Shown: positions 20,450 to 30,710 of the stretch, in pieces | Numbering within the stretch: the first letter of the stretch is position 1 | How the letters are laid out: each line of letters starts with the position of its first letter | Program-made: the position numbers and the translations under genes | Notes under the pieces: model-generated | What the model was told of the DNA's origin: nothing | Database searches by the model: none | What the model saw: the letters and a program-made list of their open reading frames with translations, nothing else | Sequence record: MZ443769.1 | Length of the DNA stretch: 64,000 nucleotides | Reading direction: 5' to 3' (one strand)

Positions 20450-21676
20450 TTATTGTGCGAACTTTTTCAGTGTTTTTTCCAGTGCCGCGTAGAACTCGTC
20501 ATAGGTCTTAAACACACCCTGCTGTTTGAAATGATTCATAGGCAGGTCAGTAGGCAGTTCACCGCCGTCGCGTGTCCACGTAACGATTGTGTACATGCCA
20601 CTACCTTTCAGATCACGCAGATTATCAGTGAAGCCGTTGCTCTTACCGAACAGAACACCAGACTTGGCTTGACTGTCGTTCAGGCCGATAGCAACTTCTG
20701 AACCACCGTAGCTTGCTTCAAAAGCATAGGTCTTACTGTTCTTAGGCTTGAGGCCGAAGATTGACAGCAGGTTCTTCGCATCGCTATGCGCACCACGCTC
20801 AGAAGAGGTGGTATCTTGAATCTGTTCAAACAGCATGTTCATGTCATACTGCTTTTTAGAATTCTTCGCAGCAGCGCCAGAACTAATCAGACCCTTAATG
20901 CCTTTAGCCAGAGTAGCAGCAGTCGGACGTTTGAAGTCTTGGCCTACAAAGATACCGCCAGACTTATCGACGCATGAGATCTGCCATGTAGCAGCACCTT
21001 TACTTGTGCGTGAATTGAATGGCGGGTCGATGGACACTGACTTATATTTAGCGCTAGGGTTCTGCGCTTCGAAAGTCCACGGACTTGACTGACCGTTCGT
21101 TTCTGAGTAATGACCGACGAAGGCCAAACCAGTTGCAGAAGAGAGTTGAGCAGCAATGGCATCAATCTTGGCTTGATTGATGGTTTCCATAGTGCGACCA
21201 GTGACTGTAGCCAAATCAACTTTAGGAAGCGCTGCATTTTTGTCTACGCGAGTAGCAACAACTTTTACTTTCTCGGTAGGCTTACCGACAGCAGCCGCGT
21301 CTTCTTTGACAGGGCGAGTTGTCTTAGAAGGTGTGATGTTACCCGCAGTTACCTTGATACGGATAGCGCGTAACGCATTGATGGTAGCCACCAGCGTCTT
21401 AGCTTTGTACAGGTTCTTTACGGCAGTAACGAGAGTCTTACCAGAAGCCTTCTTCATGAAAGCAGTGGCAGTCGCTTCGTCAGCAATCACATCAAAGATA
21501 GCGGAGAGTTTTGACGTCTCCAGCTCTTTGATTTTGATCAGTTCTTCGAGACGCTTGAGAATGATAGCGGAGTTGCGTCCGAACAGGATTGCACCTGTTT
21601 CAATCTGCTTTTTAGTAACAGCAGAAGTGGATTCAACAACATCCCCATCGAGATTACCCAATTTAATCAGAGACAT
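20450..21676 (-). CDS. Basic hypothetical protein, probable internal virion protein
   Basis: 408 aa, K/A-rich; leader MSLIKLGNLDGDVVESTSA is shared with other proteins in this window. Confidence 0.75.
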   Translation of the reverse strand: MSLIKLGNLDGDVVESTSAVTKKQIETGAILFGRNSAIILKRLEELIKIKELETSKLSAIFDVIADEATATAFMKKASGKTLVTAVKNLYKAKTLVATINALRAIRIKVTAGNITPSKTTRPVKEDAAAVGKPTEKVKVVATRVDKNAALPKVDLATVTGRTMETINQAKIDAIAAQLSSATGLAFVGHYSETNGQSSPWTFEAQNPSAKYKSVSIDPPFNSRTSKGAATWQISCVDKSGGIFVGQDFKRPTAATLAKGIKGLISSGAAAKNSKKQYDMNMLFEQIQDTTSSERGAHSDAKNLLSIFGLKPKNSKTYAFEASYGGSEVAIGLNDSQAKSGVLFGKSNGFTDNLRDLKGSGMYTIVTWTRDGGELPTDLPMNHFKQQGVFKTYDEFYAALEKTLKKFAQ

Positions 21677-21685
21677 GTTCGTTCC

Positions 21686-22234
21686 TTATTTGCGCTTTTT
21701 AGTCCAGTTGCTGTTATGGTTGTTGCGGTTCTGATTTTGAGTATCATCAGCGCCGGCATCAATCTCTTCGTCTTCTTCTGACTCGTCTTCTAACTCAGGC
21801 TCGTCTTCGGCCTCAATCTTTGACGTGTCGAGCACTTGCGCCTGCAGTGGTTGCTGCGATACAGTGCTTGCAACAGCAACATGCTCAGGTGCTTTCTGTT
21901 CTTCAACAGTCTTATCACCAAACACATGAGCGTGAACGTGGTCACAAGTAAGCAGTGCGCCTTTCTCTTTCAGAATGGCTTGTGCGCGTTCTTCATCCCA
22001 ATTAGCCCAAATAATATCAAGGCCTTTGTACGCATAGTGCATACCTTTAGGTAGCTTGCCACGACCATTGAACGGCAGGCCATTCGAAGGTACAGCAGGC
22101 TCGAACTCGTCAAGCATTTCCCACTTGCGTTTCGCTTCGATGCACTTAGGGCCCCACACACCATCGCACTGGCCATCGTACAGGCCAAGCAATGTCATGA
22201 TGATTTGAATCTTCTGATAGAAGGTACTAAGCAT
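21686..22234 (-). CDS. Hypothetical protein with possible peptidoglycan-binding helix motif
   Basis: LLGLYDGQCDGVWGPKC resembles the PG_binding_1 DG-x-x-G-P-x-T motif; acidic tail. Confidence 0.65.
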   Translation of the reverse strand: MLSTFYQKIQIIMTLLGLYDGQCDGVWGPKCIEAKRKWEMLDEFEPAVPSNGLPFNGRGKLPKGMHYAYKGLDIIWANWDEERAQAILKEKGALLTCDHVHAHVFGDKTVEEQKAPEHVAVASTVSQQPLQAQVLDTSKIEAEDEPELEDESEEDEEIDAGADDTQNQNRNNHNSNWTKKRK

Positions 22235-22250
22235 TGATATGTCCTCTGTG

Positions 22251-22274
22251 AAGAAGGGGCCGAAGCCCCATTCT
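22251..22274 (-). terminator. Rho-independent terminator
   Basis: Minus strand AGAATGGGGCTTCGGCCCCTTCTT. Confidence 0.7.
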
Positions 22275-22275
22275 A

Positions 22276-25200
22276 TTATACCGACTTGTTCTTAGAAGCA
22301 GTCAGTTTCAACTTGTCGAGCGACTGGATGCACTTCTTCAAGTTCGTGATAGTGTAACCTGCTTTCACGATCTTGTTGATGCGAGCCTTAGCACCAGAGA
22401 CGTTTTTCACGAAACCAATCCACATGCCGGTAGCAATATCAAACGTACCAAACTTACGAGTGTTCGGAACTTTGGTGCCAACGAAACGTTTCATTTTCGG
22501 GTTCGTGTTCAGGTCGAACATGATGCGCAGACGATCTTCCATCACCATCGGATATGCCTTGACGTGTTGCTTGTCGTTAGCAGTCTTGTGGCGTACAAGG
22601 AAGAACTGTTTCAACTGCGATTGCAGTTTAACAGCCAGCTTGTAGTTGAAGCTCAGACGCGGTGTTGATTCGTCGAAACTGTCCATGATGAACTCAAGAC
22701 GTTTAGCCGATGCGTTATCGAATTCCAATTTCTTGGAGTAGATGAAGTCCATCATCTTTTCGAAGTCCGCATAGTAAGCACAGTCGAAGTAGACGTAATC
22801 ACCAAACTCGGTGAAGTCGAAGTCTTTCAGTGCTTTCGCGTCAGGGTCTGTCGCGTCTGCATACAGCGCTACGAAGCCGTTGTATACGGTAGGCGTCAGG
22901 TCCATTGCCATGTCAGTACCGCTATCATCAAGAGTAATGATGCTGGCACCAGGCTTGGCTTTACGCACAGTGTTCGGCAGTGGAGGTAATTCAGATGCAC
23001 GGCGACGGCGTACTTTGCCCGCTGCTTCCTGAACACCTTCATTAACAGGCTTACCTGCTGCTACGTTCTCACGGCGCTTCTTAACGCGAACGGTCTTGCG
23101 TTCCTGAATCTCAACCTTCTCTTCTGTGGCGCGAGTGTCAGCAGTCTGTGATTCATCGGCGATGGTGTCTTCGACTTCAACACGACTTGCTTCCGCTTCG
23201 GCACGTTTGCGATCTTGAGCAGTAGCCCAAGGCTTACGCACAGAGAAGAACTTCTTGAGATCTGCTTTGCCCACAGCAGTAGCAACGTGGACTTTGTTTG
23301 CAGGAACAGTAACGAGATCTTCTGTACCAGACAAACGCACACGCACTGTGGTGATAGGCGAGTCAGCACGGAGTTTACCGTCAACAACACGAGCAGTAAC
23401 ACCGACAATCAGACCATTACCGAATTCAGTAACGACAGGCATCTTGTCCATCGCTGCTTTCATCATCGGACCGTCCGCGAAGTTCTGGTTACGTGCCCAA
23501 TCCAGCAGACGCTGTAAGCCCCAGCCATGACGGTCTGGAATCTTCTGGTTTGCTACGACAGGTGCTTGCTCCAGTACGCGGAAGTTTTTCAGAGGCGGTG
23601 TTTCCGGCAGAGGCATCATTGCTGCAACTGTCGTTGTACGCATCTCGTGGAACTCTTGCGATTCGATATCGTTCAGGTCTTTCTTCGCGCGGAAGTATTC
23701 GATGAAGTCTTCCATCGTGTTGTTATCGATCAACAACTTCGCGCTCATTTTGATCGGGTCAAGCTTGTATTCGTCCAGCTTGTCGTACTTAGGATTACCC
23801 TTTTCATCGAAGCGGGTTTTCTCAAGCGTCTTCCACATCAGACGAGCAACCTTACCAACTTCTAAGGTCTTGTTCGTCATCACCCAGTCAATGAATACGA
23901 CTTCACGAGGCATATCACCCGGCTTACCGTTTTCATCAAGTTGCGCAGCAGAAACATCAGGACGGAAGATACGAGCAGTAGACTGATCGTAAGTACCTGG
24001 TGACCACGGTGTATCACAGCGGATAATACGACTACCCATCTGCATGTTGTGGCCTTCACTGATAGCCTGTTCGTTCGCAATCAGAATCTGAACAGCGTTG
24101 TCAGTTTTGAATGCGTCGAGGTTAGCGTCTTTGCTTTGGCCGAGCTTACCGACTTCGCCGTGATAGAGAGCAGCAATCTTCTTGTAGTTCTCAGGCAGTG
24201 CGTTGTAGATAGCGTTAGCAGCACGAACATAACGAGTGAAGACGATCAGCTTACCTTGTGTTTCAGGTTTCCAGTAATCTGTGTCATCACTTGGTGGAAC
24301 GTTGGACGGCGGCAGATACTGACGTTTGAACGCATCGGTCTGCTTACGCGCAAGATACTTCTGACCTTGATAGACAGCAATATCCAGCTCACGAGGTTCT
24401 ACGCCCGGACGCCATTCGAAGATCTGTTGGTCAGACTGATTGTTTGGATCAGTATCACGCTCAGGCTGTACTTCGAAGTGTTTCTTAATACGGTTGATGA
24501 TAGCGACAACTTTCGCACTGACAAAGTTAGTCACACCAGCATCTTCAAACGTCAGGCGCGCTACGTCATCACCCATTGGGTCAGTCAGTAACATCTCCAT
24601 ACGCTGGAAGTACATGTTCAGGTCAGCGTTACCTGCGAGCAGCGCACCGAGATCATCACCTTCTTCAATCTCAGATACGTCGATGCCGCTTTCTTCATCT
24701 GGACCATCTGCATCACCACCGTCATCTTCGTCGTCTTCCATCGCACGTCTACGCGCTTTAGCCGAGTTAGATGCCTCTTGCAGTTTCTCCAACACTTGAG
24801 AGTACATCGCTTGATATACTTCCATGTGCAAGTTGGAGTTAGGCACGGATGGATCATCAATCTCTACCTGAATGAAGGTGTCGATTGGGTTAGGCAGCAT
24901 GAACGCCCAGTGCTTACGCTTGAACTGAATGAACGCTGTGTGGTTTGCCATACGAGAGTGAGCACGACGAATCATTTCGATATCGTCTTTCGCACCGTCA
25001 TACGCTACGTCGAGTGAGTCACCGAACATAGCAGGTGTCATCAACGCGGCTTGACCAACAATGTCACGCACACGGTCTGTTACCAACGTACCAGTAGCGA
25101 TACGCGCATAACGAACAGAAGGCGCAGTGAATACTGCTTTCGTGTTGAAGTGCACCTGACTACCAGACTGACCGCCGCTGTAGTTCTTAACTTTGTGCGA

Positions 25201-28131
25201 CTCATCCAGCAACACGTAGCTGAAATTGAAGCGGTTAACGAACTCAACAGCACCACGTACGCGAATACGGACGCCACCGATATCAACGTCGATTGTACCT
25301 GTTTGCAGGAAGCTCAGGCCAACGATGAAGATGGTGTTCTGTGGAGCTTGAGAGATAACATCGTACAGACGTTCTTCGCCCCAAGTGTTCACAGTGTCAG
25401 ACGTGATAGGCACTGCGTTCCAACCGTCTGCGATCTTATGCAGGTCATCACACCAGTTAGCAACAAGGTTAGACGGACAGATGATCAGAGGACGAATGTT
25501 CTCTTCACCCAAGTCGTTCAACTCTTGAATGGTCGCAGCGATATCGGTCAGGCCGATAATCGTTTTACCACCACCAGGCGCGATAAAGATAGTCGCATAA
25601 CGAGGACGTTTACGCAGAGTTTTGTGCGCTTCGAGCTGGTGAGGCAGCAGAGCAGAACCTGCTTTCAGACCAGGAATACGAATGTCTTCGATAGTGATTG
25701 AACTATCAGGCTGGAGCTTATCAATTTCGTTTTCAGCCGCTTCGAAGATTTCCAGAGACTTAGGAATAACGTCGCTGTACATCGTTGCGAATGGCAGGAT
25801 GATTTGTTGCAGACGATCAGAAGCTGGAGCAGTGTCAGAACCCGCGAGAGAACTGAACAGCGCTTTACGATCACCGTTCTTAATCGCTTCACACATCTGG
25901 CGATACAGAGCACCACCGAAGTAGTTGTTCAGTCGAGCCATGTCCATCAGCTTAGAACCAGAACCCATCACGAAGTAGTGCGTGTGAGAAGGCATTGATT
26001 CCATTGCAGTGGTCATGTCACCAGATTCAGCGATTGACTGTGCAGCCAAGTTAGAGCCACGCAGACCAGACGCATCGTTCAGTACGCGAATCATAATACG
26101 CAACATAGTCAGCGCAGGACGATCGTTCGCAATCTCAGGAACGGAGAAGTCGTTCTCAACAAGATTCTGATACAAGCTCTTGTCCATAGGACTTTCGTCG
26201 AGAGAAGCGTTCTCTGCATCCATACCAACAGAAGCACGGGCGGACTGTACGAGGCTACGCAGGTCAGTAACGTTCTTACTGCCGAGCATGAACTCGTAGG
26301 TCTGACAGGTCTGTGCGATGATGTTCAGCAACTCGAATACTTTGCTGTTCTCCGTAGAGTTAAACACAATACGGTTTTCAGTAACACCATCAATTAGTCG
26401 GCCACGGCCTTGCTCCGCTTTCGCAGCTTCGATCAACAGATCGTTAGCAGGCTTGAATGACACCATACCAGAAGAACTCTGGTTTGAACTGATTGCTGCG
26501 ATAACAGACGACGCAGAACGGAAGTTCGGTGCTTCACCAGGTTGAGCGAAGTCATACCCAAGTGAGTCAGCAACGTCCAGTGCAGAAGGTGCTTTCATAC
26601 CAACTGTACGAGTTTCTGAAACAGACAGACCACCGCCGTTAGACGTGTTCACCACCAGCGCAAAGTCAGGGTCGATACCGATACAGATGTTGCTGAATCG
26701 TGCGAGTGATTTCGCTTTGGTCTGAATGTCTTTGTCGAAGTCGAGGTTCTTGTTCTGAATCGCGTAGATGTTTGTACGCAATGTATCGTGGTCAGTAGAC
26801 AACGGTACGCCTTTCTCAAACAAGTCTTCCAGCACTTGGTTCAGCGTAGACTCATACGACTTAACCATTTCGACGTCAATCTGGTCACGCGTAGGCAGCA
26901 CAGACAGCGTACCGTTCGGCATGATAGTCATACCGTTATCATCAGCAACAACATCGTGCACACCGTAGCCGAACTTCTCACGAAGCGTTTTCAGCATAGG
27001 CAGCATTGTGGCAGACGTAACGTAACGCGGGATACGCGCAGCACGACGAATACCAGTACGAGTTGTGTTAGACACACGGAAGTAATACGAACTCCAACCC
27101 TGGAACCAGCGATACAGACACATGGTCTGGGCTTCTGCGCCTTGAGAAATGTATTCAACCATTTCTTTTTCGAGGCTAACAATCAGACCACCTTCTGCAC
27201 GGACGTCAGTTTTGAGTGCAACGTCATTGAACTCAACAGGTGTATCGTTGCTGATCTTCATCGCCTGAATTTTGCGATCAAGCATTGCTTTGCCCGGAAT
27301 CGAACGAACACCAATCATCATGAAGTCGCCTAAGGCATCGACAACATTTTTATCCAGATTAGCGAACAGGTCGATATCGAGACGGTTCATTGACGGGTCG
27401 ATTGAACGCAGCAGCGCGTTATAGATAGACCAGTCTTTGTCGAGAGGTACACGGACTACTTTGGTGTCAAAGGCGTTTGCGTTTGTACGTGCTTCACCGA
27501 AGATATCTTTGTACAGAGTACGTGCGGCTTCGATAGCGCGTTGTGCGATATCAGAGCTGTACACGTTCATGTTGGTTGATTCGAACTGTGCGTCTTTATC
27601 GACACGCGGACGGTCTGAACCAGCATCACCTAACAGGTTGAAGTTACCATAACCAGCCAGAGGGCTAGTTGCACACGGCGTACCGGCCATGATGATATCT
27701 TTACCGCCAGGGAAGCGCGTACTGTTTTCGATGATAGCGCCAGATGTTCCGCCGAGATGCTGACTCAAAGAGTTCTTGATCTCACGGCTCAACTTACTAC
27801 CATTGAGCTGGGTATTGATACGCATGGTCGCCATTTCGATATTCGCTTTAACACGCTTCACGAAATCATCAGGACTTACTTCCAGCATATCTTCGAATTC
27901 AGCACCGTGAGCAACGATGTAGTTGATCAGGTCGAAGGCCGCATAGATACGAGAGACAGTTGCAGCAGCAAACAGCGCAAGCGGTTCATAGTAATGACGC
28001 GCCTTACTGTTGGTGTACATCTTCGTCATCTTCGCATCAAACTCAGGAGGCAAGGACTTAACAGCAAGAGCCTCATTGAATGATTCGGCAATTTGCTGAG
28101 TAGCCGTAGCGGACGTACTGATATTAATCAT
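22276..28131 (-). CDS. Giant SNF2-family helicase/translocase (1951 aa)
   Basis: LLPHQLEA, APGGGKT, LIICPSNLVANW, DESHKVKN, TGT, SEGHNMQ, PWSPGTYDQSTARIFR; about 800-aa N-terminal and 500-aa C-terminal extensions. Confidence 0.88.
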   Translation of the reverse strand: MINISTSATATQQIAESFNEALAVKSLPPEFDAKMTKMYTNSKARHYYEPLALFAAATVSRIYAAFDLINYIVAHGAEFEDMLEVSPDDFVKRVKANIEMATMRINTQLNGSKLSREIKNSLSQHLGGTSGAIIENSTRFPGGKDIIMAGTPCATSPLAGYGNFNLLGDAGSDRPRVDKDAQFESTNMNVYSSDIAQRAIEAARTLYKDIFGEARTNANAFDTKVVRVPLDKDWSIYNALLRSIDPSMNRLDIDLFANLDKNVVDALGDFMMIGVRSIPGKAMLDRKIQAMKISNDTPVEFNDVALKTDVRAEGGLIVSLEKEMVEYISQGAEAQTMCLYRWFQGWSSYYFRVSNTTRTGIRRAARIPRYVTSATMLPMLKTLREKFGYGVHDVVADDNGMTIMPNGTLSVLPTRDQIDVEMVKSYESTLNQVLEDLFEKGVPLSTDHDTLRTNIYAIQNKNLDFDKDIQTKAKSLARFSNICIGIDPDFALVVNTSNGGGLSVSETRTVGMKAPSALDVADSLGYDFAQPGEAPNFRSASSVIAAISSNQSSSGMVSFKPANDLLIEAAKAEQGRGRLIDGVTENRIVFNSTENSKVFELLNIIAQTCQTYEFMLGSKNVTDLRSLVQSARASVGMDAENASLDESPMDKSLYQNLVENDFSVPEIANDRPALTMLRIMIRVLNDASGLRGSNLAAQSIAESGDMTTAMESMPSHTHYFVMGSGSKLMDMARLNNYFGGALYRQMCEAIKNGDRKALFSSLAGSDTAPASDRLQQIILPFATMYSDVIPKSLEIFEAAENEIDKLQPDSSITIEDIRIPGLKAGSALLPHQLEAHKTLRKRPRYATIFIAPGGGKTIIGLTDIAATIQELNDLGEENIRPLIICPSNLVANWCDDLHKIADGWNAVPITSDTVNTWGEERLYDVISQAPQNTIFIVGLSFLQTGTIDVDIGGVRIRVRGAVEFVNRFNFSYVLLDESHKVKNYSGGQSGSQVHFNTKAVFTAPSVRYARIATGTLVTDRVRDIVGQAALMTPAMFGDSLDVAYDGAKDDIEMIRRAHSRMANHTAFIQFKRKHWAFMLPNPIDTFIQVEIDDPSVPNSNLHMEVYQAMYSQVLEKLQEASNSAKARRRAMEDDEDDGGDADGPDEESGIDVSEIEEGDDLGALLAGNADLNMYFQRMEMLLTDPMGDDVARLTFEDAGVTNFVSAKVVAIINRIKKHFEVQPERDTDPNNQSDQQIFEWRPGVEPRELDIAVYQGQKYLARKQTDAFKRQYLPPSNVPPSDDTDYWKPETQGKLIVFTRYVRAANAIYNALPENYKKIAALYHGEVGKLGQSKDANLDAFKTDNAVQILIANEQAISEGHNMQMGSRIIRCDTPWSPGTYDQSTARIFRPDVSAAQLDENGKPGDMPREVVFIDWVMTNKTLEVGKVARLMWKTLEKTRFDEKGNPKYDKLDEYKLDPIKMSAKLLIDNNTMEDFIEYFRAKKDLNDIESQEFHEMRTTTVAAMMPLPETPPLKNFRVLEQAPVVANQKIPDRHGWGLQRLLDWARNQNFADGPMMKAAMDKMPVVTEFGNGLIVGVTARVVDGKLRADSPITTVRVRLSGTEDLVTVPANKVHVATAVGKADLKKFFSVRKPWATAQDRKRAEAEASRVEVEDTIADESQTADTRATEEKVEIQERKTVRVKKRRENVAAGKPVNEGVQEAAGKVRRRRASELPPLPNTVRKAKPGASIITLDDSGTDMAMDLTPTVYNGFVALYADATDPDAKALKDFDFTEFGDYVYFDCAYYADFEKMMDFIYSKKLEFDNASAKRLEFIMDSFDESTPRLSFNYKLAVKLQSQLKQFFLVRHKTANDKQHVKAYPMVMEDRLRIMFDLNTNPKMKRFVGTKVPNTRKFGTFDIATGMWIGFVKNVSGAKARINKIVKAGYTITNLKKCIQSLDKLKLTASKNKSV

Positions 28132-28628
28132 TAGTCACCCAGTTTAATGTAGTTTTGAATCACTGACTGCCAAACATCTGGAACAGGCAGGCGACGATCG
28201 GCCGCGATATCAGACAGCACATGAGCCATCGCATATGCACGAACCGGTTTCAATCCTTCGAAAACGTCACGAGTGAACATTGAAGTCAGTTGCTCGTTGG
28301 TCAATGACGAGAACATATTCCGATATTCAGACAGGTAGTTGCTGTATGCGCCGTCTTCAACAGGAGTTGTGTCAGGCGTACTCTGAATGTACAGCAAAGT
28401 CTTTGCCATTGCATCCATAATAAGCAACAGGTCTTGTTGATCAAAAGGTTGAACATCAGGAACACCGAGAGAACCCATGAGTTCAAGCACGGATTGCGGC
28501 AGTTGAATCGGTTCACGCGATTCTGAAATGGACTCAAGAATACTCCCAGCCGCACCTGCATAAGAACGATCGCTTTGCGAGATGCTGGTCAGAAGTGTTG
28601 TGAGTCGCTTATTAACTTCTAAGGTCAC
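28131..28628 (-). CDS. Hypothetical protein (165 aa)
   Basis: GGAG SD, GTG start, TAATG coupling to the SNF2 gene. Confidence 0.7.
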   Translation of the reverse strand: MTLEVNKRLTTLLTSISQSDRSYAGAAGSILESISESREPIQLPQSVLELMGSLGVPDVQPFDQQDLLLIMDAMAKTLLYIQSTPDTTPVEDGAYSNYLSEYRNMFSSLTNEQLTSMFTRDVFEGLKPVRAYAMAHVLSDIAADRRLPVPDVWQSVIQNYIKLGD

Positions 28629-28638
28629 GGTTCTTCTC

Positions 28639-29421
28639 CTAAATGAAAATGCTCCTGACTAAACTGTTGAGTTTCTTCTCGATCATGTGGCGTCGATTAG
28701 AACCTAAGAAACAGCACAGTCGGCGGGATTGTATGTGTATCGCAAACGCATTACCTTTGACGCGCATACACTCAACACCGATATCCAAATTCCACAAATG
28801 CCACAGTCTCGAATCGAGCATGGCTTGATGGATTGAGGGGTAGGTATCTGTCACAACAGGCGTAGGAGACTTTGCCAGTTTCATTGTCAAATTATCAGTT
28901 TTAAACAATGCTTTCGGTCGTTTGTTCGAAAACCAGTAAGGAACTTGCTTGTTCAGCATCTCACCGACTTTCGGAATACCTTTCGTTGTCGTCTGAGGCA
29001 CATACACCAGATAGATATCGATCGTGGTGTTAATGCTGTTAGCGACACGGTTATATTCGCTACTAGTGCGAGACAACACTTCGGCCAAACGCAATTGCTT
29101 TGAGAACTGAATACGCTGTTGCCACTTCTTGAGTGCTTGGTATTGCAGAGTAAGTAATGCCCTTGCTTCTTTGATCGAAACAGAAGAAGGACCGGGAACA
29201 GCGCGTATCAGGAACTTCGTTGAAGTCTTAGACAGCGACGACAAGAAGCCTTCAACTACACGCTGCATACCCATGGGTTGAGGCAGTGAGTGGAACAGAT
29301 CGACTGCGGTTTGCGTTGTGATATAAGCACCCCAAGCTTCGAGATACTCTGGGTCAACGCAGTCGGGGAAGTTCTTAATCTCAAGACCAACATCGGAACC
29401 GTATTGACGTAAACGTGTCAC
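28639..29421 (-). CDS. Hypothetical protein (260 aa)
   Basis: GGAGGT SD, GTGA coupling. Confidence 0.7.
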   Translation of the reverse strand: MTRLRQYGSDVGLEIKNFPDCVDPEYLEAWGAYITTQTAVDLFHSLPQPMGMQRVVEGFLSSLSKTSTKFLIRAVPGPSSVSIKEARALLTLQYQALKKWQQRIQFSKQLRLAEVLSRTSSEYNRVANSINTTIDIYLVYVPQTTTKGIPKVGEMLNKQVPYWFSNKRPKALFKTDNLTMKLAKSPTPVVTDTYPSIHQAMLDSRLWHLWNLDIGVECMRVKGNAFAIHIQSRRLCCFLGSNRRHMIEKKLNSLVRSIFI

Positions 29422-29783
29422 CGTCTACCTCCATGAAGCAGTCTTGAACCTCTACGGTTCGCGCTACCTATTTGATTGTTGTCGCACTTATGGCACAGCA
29501 ATTCGAGGTTATGTTTCAAATCAGAACCGCCGTTAGCGTGTGCAACTTTGTGGTTGAGTATCAATTGTCTTGTTGCAGTACCACAACGTTCACAGCGTTC
29601 ACCACGTTCGTCGATGATACGCATCTTGTACGCAGTCCATTCAGTACGGTCCATACGCACATGAGTACCGACACGCGCACGTTCAATACCCGTAATACCT
29701 GCAAGGCGCTGTGATGTAGACATACTGCGACCACGACCACTGTTCTGTCGAGCAGCGATACCGCCCTTTGGTCTGTAAGCCAT
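29418..29783 (-). CDS. Small HNH endonuclease
   Basis: CERCG..LNHKVAHANGGSDLKHNLELLCHKCDN: CxxC, beta-beta-alpha core, CxxC. Confidence 0.85.
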   Translation of the reverse strand: MAYRPKGGIAARQNSGRGRSMSTSQRLAGITGIERARVGTHVRMDRTEWTAYKMRIIDERGERCERCGTATRQLILNHKVAHANGGSDLKHNLELLCHKCDNNQIGSANRRGSRLLHGGRR

Positions 29784-29808
29784 ACTGTTCTCCTAATAGA
29801 TTCAATTC

Positions 29809-29817
29809 TATTTACAG
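29809..29817 (-). promoter_or_regulatory. CTGTAAATA motif
   Basis: Exact motif 25 nt upstream of the HNH start. Confidence 0.7.
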
Positions 29818-29819
29818 TT

Positions 29820-30650
29820 CTAGGCAGACGCGGAGAAGATACCGACAGTCTTATCTAGACCTGCTTGATACGCCTGTTCAATGTCTTTCGCAGCAGATCG
29901 AATGATCTGTTGAGTAGCGGCATGGGCGTTAGCAATCGAATCAACATCAAGATTGTTTTTGTTCCATGCTGTGATAGCGTGGAAAACAGAGATAAGGATT
30001 GTGCCTGCGGATTCAGCAAATGGCCCGAGTACTTCACTATTAAGAATCTCACCAAGCTGGTTAACGTCACGCAGCGCACGAAGGTCAGCAATGATCTCAC
30101 GCATCTGGTTGTACAGTTGCATAAGAGCGTAAATGTCTTTACTCTGCTTTGATACTTCATACTGCTTTTCACAGATACGAGCAATCGACTGGCACTTGGT
30201 GAACATGGTGATATATTCTTGGAGCTGTTCATTCTCCTGCTTGATAACGTCTGGAATATCATCAAGCACTTCCATCAATTGACCTTCTAATGCAGCAAGG
30301 TCTGTCGTCTTCGCAGGCTTATCGCGTTTCTTCTTCGCTTTCTTGATGGTGTCTACAGCGTTCTCTTTTTTCTTCTTTTTCTTTTTCTTCGGTGCGTCGT
30401 CTTCTGCCTGCTTCTTAGCAGTTGCAGCAGCGATCTCCGAGTACATCGAATCAGCATCAATCAGAGTAGGCATCAGGTCGAGTGCAGGGTCACGCTTCTT
30501 TTTCTTCTTAGCGCGAATGCCTTTACTCACTACCTTAACTGATTTGGCTTTCTTGATAGAAGTCGCTGCCTTGACAGTTGCTTTACTCGTCTTCTTTTTC
30601 GGACGTGCTTGGGCACTGGAGCCAATATCATCCAAGCTTATGGCTGGCAT
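29820..30650 (-). CDS. Hypothetical protein with poly-Lys N-terminal half and helical C-terminal half
   Basis: 276 aa with runs such as AKKKKKRD and PKKKKKKKKE. Confidence 0.75.
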   Translation of the reverse strand: MPAISLDDIGSSAQARPKKKTSKATVKAATSIKKAKSVKVVSKGIRAKKKKKRDPALDLMPTLIDADSMYSEIAAATAKKQAEDDAPKKKKKKKKENAVDTIKKAKKKRDKPAKTTDLAALEGQLMEVLDDIPDVIKQENEQLQEYITMFTKCQSIARICEKQYEVSKQSKDIYALMQLYNQMREIIADLRALRDVNQLGEILNSEVLGPFAESAGTILISVFHAITAWNKNNLDVDSIANAHAATQQIIRSAAKDIEQAYQAGLDKTVGIFSASA

Positions 30651-30672
30651 AGTGAATTCCTCAGTAGAAACG

Positions 30673-30700
30673 AAAAAGGGAACCCCGCGAGGCTCCCTTT
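30673..30700 (-). terminator. Rho-independent terminator
   Basis: Minus strand AAAGGGAGCCTCGCGGGGTTCCCTTTTT. Confidence 0.8.
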
Positions 30701-30710
30701 AGGGTTTTGA

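Noticed and set aside
17203-28131. Inteins or introns in the polymerase or SNF2 gene
   Set aside because: Catalytic motifs are collinear in single ORFs; no intein C-terminal HN motif or LAGLIDADG block was noticed by eye.
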